NCBI GenBank assembly: GCA_964199315.1
Contig: OZ116708.1
Span: 9,610,001 to 9,674,000 of the forward strand
DNA length: 64,000 bases
Source of the DNA: Orbicella franksi
Lineage: Eukaryota
Reading direction: 5' to 3'
A program made the translations under genes and the position numbers. Positions 1 to 10,800 of this stretch are shown piece after piece. Each line of letters begins with the position of its first letter. Positions within the stretch are counted from its first letter, which is position 1. Under the pieces are notes generated by a model. That model had not been told where the DNA came from, did not search any database, and saw only the letters and a program-made list of their open reading frames with translations.

Positions 1-745
1 AAACAATCTCATGCCTGCATTCTATAAAGGGGAGGAAACTCGTGAAAATTTACATTCTGTTTAATCATGAATTTGTATGGAGCTGATCATGAATTGCAAA
101 TCTTGAAATTAAAGTTCAAGCCTTAATTTTTACTAGGTAAGTTTACATTGTAACCATAGTAATAGCGGAGCGCCGGGGGCACGAAGGACCGCCAAGCCGA
201 GCACCGTAACTATAGGAGCTGAACCACATGCACGTATAGAAATAGAAAACCATGCAACTCTTTTTTCATGGTCAACATCGCTGGCGGCATGGATCGCGGA
301 CGCGTGCGCCCTAAGAGGACGACGACGTCGCGCAACATGGCGGCCATAGTCCAGCAAGATCATGTTCTCGTGGTTAAAGTTTATTTCTTTACATTGGCCT
401 GGGGTAGAGCGGCTTCTCCTGAAGGAGGCTGCATGGAAGAGATATAGGGCGCTGAAGAAGCAATTTCGCTGATTGACGTCTCTGTCCCATTGTGCTTGCT
501 GGTGCTTGGTTTTTTATTTTTTTAAATTTTTTTTCATTTTATTTTATTTTATCGTGGCTGGCTAACTATTTTTTTTTGAAGTCGAATAACGCAACGCAGC
601 GGGGGGGGGGGGGGGGGTGGGGGAGAGGTGGTGGTTAATTAAATAAATTTGTTACCGGTCCGCAAACAGTCATGTATCAATAAGTTAAGCGTTACATCAA
701 CCAGTACAAAGTGGTGGAGTTTCGGAAAGGGAGACCATCTGAAAA

Positions 746-3184
746 ATGTGCAGATTCCTCTTTTTAAGCTTTGCTTTGTTCTGTGCCTCACTAGTCGAAG
801 GTTAGTCCTTTTGTATAAAACGTTATAGATTCATCCGAAGCATGCGTTCTCGTTATGTCTTCTCGACAGTATTACATAAGAAATGGCGACGGTCTTAGTA
901 AACTACAATAAGGATGTAAAGCCACAATTTATAGCACCATTTTACTTTCAGGAGACTTGTAAAAGAAATACGAGGTGTTGAGTTCAAATAGCAAAGGCAC
1001 AAATTAACGACATTAATTAGCGCATATCATCAAACGCTTGAAAGAAATTTTTTCTTTTAAATTTCTAAATATCTGTTCATCGTATGGCTCGATTTTCATC
1101 CTTTTTGGGAGAACAGTTGTCATTTTAGAAAAAGGCTGGGAAATGATTAAATGTTTATACGAGTCTTGACAAATTTTCTGTGTACAATTCAAAAATATAG
1201 ATATAAGTTCTCCTAAGAAGAAACTGTGATATCCAAAGGTGCTTTTTTAAAAACAAAAATGAGCGCCTGCAGTTTTTCGTAGGAATCTCCGCTGAAATTA
1301 TACGAATCTTTTTTAAATAATTCAGCAAAACCTTTCGGAATGGTATTTTTGCAATGTTGGAAAATATGTTGAAAGACCTGAAAACGGAAGCTACACGCAA
1401 CAAATTCCGGCAGCGATTGGCTGTTAAAATATTTTCCGAAAAGATAAAAGTGTGTCTGCAAACTAAGTGAAGACTTGGCCTAGATTTATAAAGCGTTTAA
1501 CAGTCTCCTGGAGTTTAAGAATCTCTTGTTTTGTCTGTCTTAATAAACTACCAATTTTCTTTGCCAAACTGATTGCTGACATAATTGATACTTCGGTTGC
1601 ATTATTTTATTAAATAAATTTTGATATTTTAAATACCTAAATTTTAAAAAAGGAAAAACAATATTGCCATTTTAAGCTGCGATGAGTCTTTAAGCCAGTC
1701 AGGCAAAGTGATTGAGCTAGTAATAAGCGGACTCACTTTCGTTGTAAATATTTAATGATATAGTTATAAATATCCGCCGTGTTTACTGCTTTGTATTTGT
1801 TAATATAATCTACCAGTTGCAAACCACAGGAAGAGAAAAATCAAATTAACTCGTTTTAAAAAAGAAACAAACCAAAGCAAAACACAAAGGAAGCGAAAAG
1901 AACGAACAAAACAGACAAAGGAGACACTTCTAAAGAAAGACAAGGCAGCAGCAGGGTTCAACAATGACTAATACGATAGAGTTTATAGGTAAGTAACAGG
2001 GGCCTACCAAGGTCAGTGTTGAGACATTAAACTCTATTTTCCACGTATTCATGGCAATTGCAAAAACCTTGAAAAAATCCTATCCAAAAATCTCTGTGCA
2101 CTAACTACTAACATGTGATGATTATGCTTAGTCTTCGTTGTGAATTTACCTGCAACTGGGTGGGGTTTTAGCCGGGGTCGACAGTTTAAACGCTGTTAAG
2201 TAGGACGGGGGGAGGGGGGTGGGAGGGGGTGAGGCAAAGGGGCGAGCATGGGTGGGGCGTATTGACGCGTATTTCCCGCCATTTTTGTGATCTTCATAAA
2301 ATATGTCATATTCGTACCAGACATTAATATTTAAAATTTAAGCTCGTTTCATACAGACTTCATTCCATTTCGAGGCGGATCTAAAACGAAATTCAGCAAT
2401 ATTTAAATATTGGAGGACTAGCTCGCTTTCCTCAGATCACACATGAAACTCACGTATAAATTTAAAGTTGTTCAGGCAGCGAGTAGACTAAGTATAAAAT
2501 AAGAAACACTTAAGACATTTTGCTTGTAATTTTTTCATGGTAACAACTTATTTCCATGTTCCTTTGTGCCCCTAAACTCTTTCGATTGAAAAATTTTCTC
2601 GCTCTATACTTGTGGTCCCAGGGGTCGATTCAAGTACGGGTAAATAAATTGGGAGACTGGTAGAAATCCAAGAGTTGTTCAATGAGAAAGCTATATTCTG
2701 CCGAATTTCTCGGCGTGCAAGGTCTGTGCAGGTATACAATTGGTGTCCCCTGCGAATTATTTTTTGTTGTTGTTGTTAGTTTTGGATTCCTGATTTGTTT
2801 ACTTGATCTCCAGGTTTCACTCCAAAACAGTGTTACGAATACTTTTCTCACGCCTCATGGAAGAACTGTTTCGACAAGACAATAGAAAAAGATTGTGAAT
2901 TTGGAGACGATATGTGCATAAAAGGACAGATTTCATTCGGAAACAATTCCAAAACAGATCACATCTTTTTCAAAACCTGTGCGAACGAAAACGAATGTAC
3001 TACCTACGAGAAAGATGGATCACAGGTCCCCACGTGTGAGGATAAAAAGCACCAAGGTTATTCAGTTGATTGTTTTGTCCAGTGCTGTGAAGACGACATG
3101 TGTAACTCTGGAGACCACGAACAAGTGGTCAGCTGGATGCTATTGTTGCTGTATGTGTCATGCGTACAGGCTTTGTTTGAGTAA
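746..3184 (+). CDS. Ly6/uPAR (three-finger) GPI-anchored protein A, 141 aa; exons 746-800 and 2814-3184
   Basis: Exon 1 encodes the signal peptide MCRFLFLSFALFCASLVE with a phase-1 donor GAAG|GTTAGT. The acceptor CTCCAG|GT at 2814 opens GFTPKQCYEY...QCCEDDMCN plus a hydrophobic tail (WMLLLLYVSCVQALFE). The CCxxxxCN ending is the LU-domain signature, and the spliced frame is intact (426 nt). Confidence 0.85.
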
Positions 3185-4145
3185 AATCAACAGCTACTTC
3201 CAATTCTTTGTGTCCATTAGTTTCGTCAACATTTAAAAGTTTTGAATGCCATAATTGCATTTTCTAGTACTTATTATAATGTGCAAACGTAGATTAACAA
3301 GAAAGGCTAATTACATGTAAAAATGGATTTATATTACATCGGCAGCTTTGTAATATTACAAATTAAGGATGTCAAGAATAGTAGCACTGAACTGAGCTTC
3401 ATAAGTGTTTATAATATAGATAGAAGCCTTCACGCGCTCTGATTGGTTAAAAATCCATGCTATATCAGAGTATGAAACATAGCAAAACCGTGTTTTATTG
3501 TTTTTCGCCACATTACCTCTACATCATAAAGCAAGTGAAGTAGCCTAAGCCGTGTATTACACTATGATAAAACACTTCGGACATTTTAAAACACTCGAGA
3601 AATGTAGAAAACACTCGCCACATCGTGTTTTCTACTTTTCCCTCGTGTTTTCAAATGCCCGTCGTGTTTTTTCACAGTGTAACACACGGCTTAGGCTTCT
3701 TTATTTGTTAAATAACACAATTACTGACGAATAAAATGCTCAATATTGTTTCTCAGTGGACTAGGTAATAATCATCTGAACTCATTTCAACTTCACTTCA
3801 TTTCAACAAAACTCTTACTTTAATTACAGAGTATTGTGGGATGTTTTCTTGTTCATCGGCTTAGCAGTAAATGGAGTAAGTAAGGAAATGAAAAAAAAAA
3901 AAAAAAAATTAAACATATCCGGGGAACTTAGAAATAAATAGATTCCTCTAAAACGGGTACACTTAAATTTTCAATAATCTTCCGATGACAATTTTAGTTC
4001 ATTTTCACTTCCTCCAGGAACCATGGTTCCATATTCAGTTTAAGGACCTTATGGAAGGCGGCCTATGATTATTAATTATTGATTATTAATATAATGTACT
4101 AAACAGTGTAAAACGTTCTTAGCACTTGTCTTTGTTCTTGGCAGT

Positions 4146-5231
4146 TCATTGACAGTTTTCAGCAGGGAAAGTTTTGATTTCTTTTAAAGTTATTCGTTCG
4201 CGTTTTGCCATATTACTACTCCGCATTCTGCAAAAACAACACACAAGGTTTCTTAATCCACGGCGGTAGCTAGTGACAAATGACAGACAAATTATTGGAT
4301 TAATAACAGAAGATAACAAAAACATAAAAACCGCAATAAGGGAAAATGTTCTCAAAAAGGCGCAAGAAGGCTTCCAGAAACGTACGAAACGTAACAAATT
4401 GTAAGGAATAACACAAATGTAGAACAGCACTAAGGTAACCACAGCCATTTGAGTAGCTTGTCTTCGCTTCTTTGAACCGTGATGTTGTCTTTTATGTGCG
4501 GCATGCATAAAGGCCTTATTTCGCGTTTTTAAGGCGACCATTATTGCAGTGTATAAAACTGTTATTAAAAGCAACGGAGCCAAAAACCTAATGGTGACAT
4601 GAAGCCAGAAATATCCTTCACTAGCTTCCTTGCTAGAAAAAATCGATTGTTCGTTTACTAAACCACAAAGTACGCTATTCCCATGTTCATCTAGTCCGTG
4701 GATCACAAGCCATGGAAAATAGAAAACAGCAGCTAAAACCCAAGTAGAAACGATGGCTGTTGTGCGAATCTTGCTTGAAATAATCCCAATTTTTATTGGA
4801 AAAACCACGGCGACAAATCTATCAATTGCTATCCACACCAAGCTTTGAACAGAAACAAGAAGAGACGCCGAACCACCGAAATAAAACAACTTGCAAAACA
4901 TTGATCCTAAGGTTCCACTGACGTGCCAATGCCCTGAGTTGGTCACCAGTGCAGTTATTTGCACAGGAATTACAACCAGCGAGAAAAGCAGATCGGACAC
5001 GGCCATGTTTACGATGAAATAGTTGATTGTTTTTCGTAAATCACGATGCTTGTAGACGATAATGACTATGAGGAAGTTCCCAAAGAAACTGCCTAGTAAA
5101 ATAAACCAATACGCACAAAGTTGGGAAATTCTCTCAGCAGGCGAATCGACAAAGATACAAGTCGAGCTATGTTGGCTCAACGCAGTTTCGTTCCCAATGA
5201 AAGGGATTGTGGTGTTATTTTTCAATGACAT
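4146..5231 (-). CDS. Single-exon rhodopsin-like (class A) GPCR, neuropeptide-receptor-like, 361 aa
   Basis: Seven hydrophobic segments with GN in TM1, NMAVSDL in TM2, DRF at the end of TM3, W in TM4, P in TM5, CVIPY in TM6 and NPIIC in TM7 (NPxxY variant). N-terminal N-glycosylation sequons NNT and NET. Confidence 0.92.
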   Translation of the reverse strand: MSLKNNTTIPFIGNETALSQHSSTCIFVDSPAERISQLCAYWFILLGSFFGNFLIVIIVYKHRDLRKTINYFIVNMAVSDLLFSLVVIPVQITALVTNSGHWHVSGTLGSMFCKLFYFGGSASLLVSVQSLVWIAIDRFVAVVFPIKIGIISSKIRTTAIVSTWVLAAVFYFPWLVIHGLDEHGNSVLCGLVNEQSIFSSKEASEGYFWLHVTIRFLAPLLLITVLYTAIMVALKTRNKAFMHAAHKRQHHGSKKRRQATQMAVVTLVLFYICVIPYNLLRFVRFWKPSCAFLRTFSLIAVFMFLLSSVINPIICLSFVTSYRRGLRNLVCCFCRMRSSNMAKRERITLKEIKTFPAENCQ

Positions 5232-7279
5232 GATCTGCTTTGCTTGAACTTTTCGGTGCTCGAGTTTCTACAGCGCAGCGTCGAACGAATGTATTTTTTG
5301 TCACAACTGATTTTAATCGCAAATGAATTTTAATTCCACCTGCTCCATGTCGTCACTCAAAGATTTAATTTTGAGGTCACTGAAAGCCAGTTTCACTCCT
5401 TCTTTTAATGTATGTCTAATAATGAAAGATTAACATGATGAGCGAAGTGTTTTTTGGTTTACGTACATGTCAGAATTGAAGTAAGATCGTCAAATGAAAA
5501 GTCAGTAAAGTTTCACAAAAATAAAAAGGCTATGTAGTTCATTTGTTTACTGACCAACACGATTAATTGCTGTTGAATAAACACACTGTAATACCACTCA
5601 CATTGTTTTTTTTTTTCTGCCTATTTACAAGCAAATAATTTCCTTGACTTCTTAGGGGGGATGTAATTCTACATTCGGAGCAATTAAAACTAATTAAAAC
5701 CAAGAAATAATCTCTTGTTCAAACTTAAAAGGAAAATATTTCCCCTGTGGCAATGAGCAATATTTACAATAAGACGTATGGATGTACATTTGTCAATGCA
5801 AACAGCCTTGCAAACTTTGTAAACTGATAAAGTTGATAAGATAGGTAGACACCTTTATTTAAAGTAAAAAATTTAAAGATAAGAAATTTCAGGGTAGTCC
5901 GATCCCTTTTAGGGAGCTTACAAAGTCTCTCACGGCTATCAATAGGAGCCCTGAAGCTATTACCTCACGTAGATTACAAAATAATAGGTAATATACAAAA
6001 ATAAAAACATAAATATAGGAAAGTACATTACAATGAGAAAGCTGCCCTGGTGGTTTATAACGGGCCGGAATTTTCCGTTGTTCGCTGGGTTTTATAAATG
6101 TGCATGCGCGTTGCATTTTAAGTCGAATTTCTTTCCGTTTTGAAAGTTGCCATAAAATCTCGAGCTCGCTGTGTTATCTAGACTTGATTCGAAAGAGGTT
6201 TATTCATTTTATCCATTTATCTTTAAATCATGTGCAATACCACTGCTGATGACACGTTTAAAAATTATCAAGGGAGTGATAAGCACTGGGAGAATCACAT
6301 CCAGATCGTTAGTTCTATAGCCGTTGCAACTGCCAAAATTCAAGGTAATTGCTATCGCAGTGGAAAATAGCGGTAATTAGAAATAACGGAGCAAAACTCA
6401 AATGATAAAGAAAGAAAACTGAAGCTAAAGATATGTCACGTTAATTAGTTTTTTGGTCGAAGAGAAATGATGGGGGAAGTGGGAGGGGGGAGGGCGAACA
6501 CTGAAGTATCTCAGGCTCACTAACAGAACAAGTCCAAGGTAAATATTAAAACTTTCTTAACTACCTTTGCAATATTATCCCATTTTGCTTCCCGTTACTG
6601 TTTTGCATTCACGAAAACGTCTCATCGCGCAGACAGGTCTTATTGAAAAAACAAAAAAAACAAAAACAAAAAAACAAAAAAAACAAAAAAAAAACAAAAC
6701 AAAAAAAAAACAAAAAAACTGCCCAAACAGTAAAGCACTCTTTGGCTAACAGACAACGTCCGCGGACAAATATGCGAACATATTTTCCGGTCAAATGGAG
6801 GCTATTGTTTATTCATTATACGACTTGTGTTTGTAGCGGATATGACGCGCGCTCTGATTGGCTAGCTTGTACTAAGACATCATTCTCTTACAGCCCCATA
6901 AAAACCAAACAAAAAGCCATATATTAAACTACCTTTCAACCCCGAACGTTCTGTCTTCACGGAAAATTCTCAGACCTAGGACTTTCCGTATTGATCTCGC
7001 TATCGCTCGGTTTGAGATCTTTCCGTATTAAAAGACCTCACTCTCGGTCAATAAGTAGTTAGTAAAGCAATTGTGGCTAATCTTTATCTTTAATCTTTAA
7101 CAACTTTACTCCTAAAACAGTGTAAAACTAAAAACTATACTAGGAGAATTATAACTATATATAATTGAATATTAAATATATCCAAATTTACACAATAATT
7201 TGAAAGACAAAGTACACATTAAAAGAATAACTTTATAGTGTTCATGGCAGCTACATAATTAAAATTTGCTGATCGACTT

Positions 7280-7480
7280 AAAAGTTAAGGTTATACGATA
7301 TAGGAATTAATAACCCTTGGATAAAAAGAAAATTTAAAACTCTCAACAGCGCACGGTACGTGGCTTTAAGGAACGGGATTTGGAAGCTTCGTCTGTCGAA
7401 ACAACTTAAAGGTTGAACGTCAAGTGGAAATTTTATCCCAACCATGCGATACTTGATTTTATTTAAGGTATGCAACTGAT
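7280..7480 (-). mobile_element. Degraded LINE reverse-transcriptase C-terminal fragment
   Basis: One minus-strand frame reads ...VESFKFSFYPRVI..., resembling the FKxSFxPR motif at the end of LINE ORF2. The frame is interrupted by stops. Confidence 0.4.
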
Positions 7481-7824
7481 GAAGGTGCGTACGCTACGCA
7501 AGCGTGTCCCACCCCAAGAGCTGACTCTACTGTTCTGAACCCGGCTTATATCGCCGGGTTCTAGCTATGGTTAAAAACTCAGCTACTAAATCACAGTTTC
7601 ACCATGCGATTACTCCGACCAAGGCCACTTAAGCAAATTCTTTGCAAATTGACTGCTGGCATTTTAAAAGCTTTAAAATAGTTACTATTCAAAATGGCCT
7701 CAAATCTGTTGCCTTTGTAATGTGCAGCTTGATTACCGACATAGATGATTCGTTGGAAAACTATTGTTAACCTCCACGATTTTTATTCGTTAAATTTGAA
7801 GAAAACTTTGTCGGGCGGCCTTGG

Positions 7825-10800
7825 TTAGAGACGTGGCACTGAAATTGAGCGGGACAAACTAGAAACATCCAATGTTGTTTGAGCCCTGTTTCCACTTGTA
7901 ACATCCCAAGCCGTCGCGATCATTTCCGTTCCTCCAAAATACAAGCTAACTAAAATATCTCTGTCTAATCCTTGTCTCGTGTCAGGAGAGTGAACCAAGA
8001 CACTTCCAATCTCAGTTACCCCGGGGTCCGTGACAAACACGATGTCAGACGTGGGAGCGGCGTAAAAAGTATATCTAATTACAGTTTCATTTGCCTCGCG
8101 TGGACGGTATGTGACAGAAATGTTCTGTCCGTGTTTGACGGTGTCCGTCTCCTTCACAAAACAATTAAAAAAATCTCTGCACTTCTCCTTGCCATTAACC
8201 AAGACCTTCTTTTCTTCTGGGTGTTTACCTCGTACGAAATTCCGCGAACAATCAGCACCATAGCTGGTTCCTACGACTCTCCTCTTCGTAGCAGCTGTCG
8301 TTAGGGCAACCATCACTGCCCCTTTAACAACCACGTCGGTGGCATCACGAGGAACAGTGACACAGTATTTACGGGCAAACTCATTTCTGACCTCTTCTTG
8401 AAGGAGGGAATTCGCACAGCCTCCAAATAGAAGAATCGTTTTGACTTTGGAGAGCTTTGGTTTGCTGAGTAAGGCCCTTAAGTTATGCTTGACGGATTCT
8501 ATGAAAGGCTGGAGAAGCCACAACATAACACTAGGACTCAAACAAAGATACTCATCGTCGACAATTTTCACTTCTCCTTCCGCGTATTTCTTCATGGGTG
8601 GAGAGCGAAAATCATTTACCGAGGCAACAAAACTTCCAGGCAAACAAATTTTTGTCTCTCCATTTGGAAAGTCGTGTTTCTTCGCTTCGAACTCCTGCAG
8701 TATCTTAAGCCAATCAGACGGAAATAGTTTGCGATAATCGTTCAGCATCTGTGCACCAAACAGCTCGTCTAAGACATCCTCAAACTGGCTGGTAATACGA
8801 TTCAGGTCTGCGCCATACGCAACGCTTGTTTCCTTGTAGATCTCTTCAATGGAATCGTCACCATGCTGCTGATAAACGGTCACGTCCAGCCTACCTCCTA
8901 GTAAAGATAAAAAAGCCTCCTTAGGCAATTACAACCTCAATGATCATTGAAGGAGCTACGTCACAGTTTCGCATCTTGAAAAACCTAGGCTAAATCTTTC
9001 ATGTTCATTGTTTGTAGTCGGTGTTAATCTTCTCCATCCTTAAAAATGCTTGATCCTTTATGGTTTATTTTTTTAACTCTGTGGTGTTTTTATATCTTAG
9101 TAAACTACTATTTTCAGGTTTCCTTCAAGGTAATTTTTTACGTGGCCAAAATAACTAACGATATAAAGGAACATAACATGGCTATAAACCCCAACTGGTA
9201 GGAGACAGACCAGTTGGCTGTTTACAAGCCTAAACGAGGAGTTGAAAGCGGGACGCGAGAACATCAGCTAATGGTTAGAACGGGACTTGAGACATCGATC
9301 TCAAAATTTCTAGTCAGACGCCCTTACCACTCAGCCACGCTACCTCCACACTAGCCCTAGTTAAGAATTAATTGATCACAGTCCTAATTATTCTAACAAT
9401 GAAAGGAAGATTAAATGTAAGCGCTGTAAGCTAATGAGCGAGAAAGAATTAAACCCTATAAAACTGGGTAGGAACCAACCCAACCCCTTTCCATTCAAGT
9501 ACACACGAGATTTAAATGGGATTTTAAGTGGAAGTTTACTGGAATCTTCATTAAGTTATTCAGTGTCAATTTGGAATAACTACCTCCTATGTCAGCGAGT
9601 AAGAATGGTGTGTTAGCTTTGTCGTGCATTTCAGGCCTGGTCTCAGACGGAATGTCTTTTCTGATCTCCGTCTTTAAACAGAAATGAGCGGCGGCTTCAG
9701 CTTCAGTCACAATCATCACTTGCCCTGGGTTACCACGTGACCCAATACCAGCCTAGTAAAAATTGAAGGGAACCTCAACTGACTTTTAATTAAATCAGCG
9801 AACTACCGTGTACTTGAGTAAAGTTGTTAAAGAACAGTTAATTCACGTGAAACTTTAAAATTGGGGGCACACTTCGGCGGCAAATCATGAGAGTTTACTG
9901 GCCAGTGAAGATCAACCCCGTTCCCGGGGTCTCTCATTTTCTCACCCTTCCGGTAGGGGAAGATCAGGGACCCCGGGAACGAGGGTTGAATGAAGGCTAG
10001 CTACACTATATTAATGAAGGGATCAGAGAAAGATGAGGTACAAGGACAACTGATATAAGAGCAAGTAATTATAAGAGCAAGGAAGAACCACACAATGGAA
10101 AAGGTTGTTGGNNNNNNNNNNNNNNNNNNNNNNNNNNNNNNNNNNNNNNNNNNNNNNNNNNNNNNNNNNNNNNNNNNNNNNNNNNNNNNNNNNNNNNNNN
10201 NNNNNNNNNNNNNNNNNNNNNNNNNNNNNNNNNNNNNNNNNNNNNNNNNNNNNNNNNNNNNNNNNNNNNNNNNNNNNNNNNNNNNNNNNNNNNNNNNNNN
10301 NNNNNNNNNNNNNNNNNNNNNNNNNNNNNNNNNNNNNNNNNNNNNNNNNNNNNNNNNNNNNNNNNNNNNNNNNNNNNNNNNNNNNNNNNNNNNNNNNNNN
10401 NNNNNNAGATGCGAACTTTTCTCGTAGGAGGTCTTTAATTCAAGTGGATCTTTTGTTGAGTCCATTGGCTCAACAAAAGGTGCGAGTTTAATTCCAGGAA
10501 TAGGATTCGCTACAATTAACACCATCTTGCTGCTGTATTTTATTTTATTTTATTTGCTTTTTAGCGGGCGTTTTGCTATTTTTATTATTACGTAATTCTT
10601 ATGTAATCTTATGTGAAAAATTTTTTTATTTCTTTGTTCTCTTTGTAAGTCATTGTTTTGTAACTTATTTAAGGCTTTTTCACTTTTTGTAAATTTTATT
10701 CCGAGTATTGATATTCTTAGTGTTGAAGAAGCCCGAATGGGCGAAACGTCCACTTGAATTAAAGACCTCCTACGAGAAAAGTTCGCATCTTCTTCTGTTT

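Noticed and set aside
133-363. GC-rich 76-aa minus-strand ORF, possibly a first exon of a gene leaving the window
   Set aside because: No recognisable motif, the opposite strand is also open, and there is no convincing splice donor.
2682-2731. Alternative first exon (MRKLYSAEFLGVQG) for Ly6 gene A
   Set aside because: Not a hydrophobic signal peptide. The exon at 746-800 fits better and matches the 55-nt size of both paralogs.
7538-7562. 9-bp GC hairpin followed by TAG as a Helitron 3' end
   Set aside because: The hairpin overlaps the CTAG instead of lying about 10-12 nt upstream, and no 5' TC end could be assigned.
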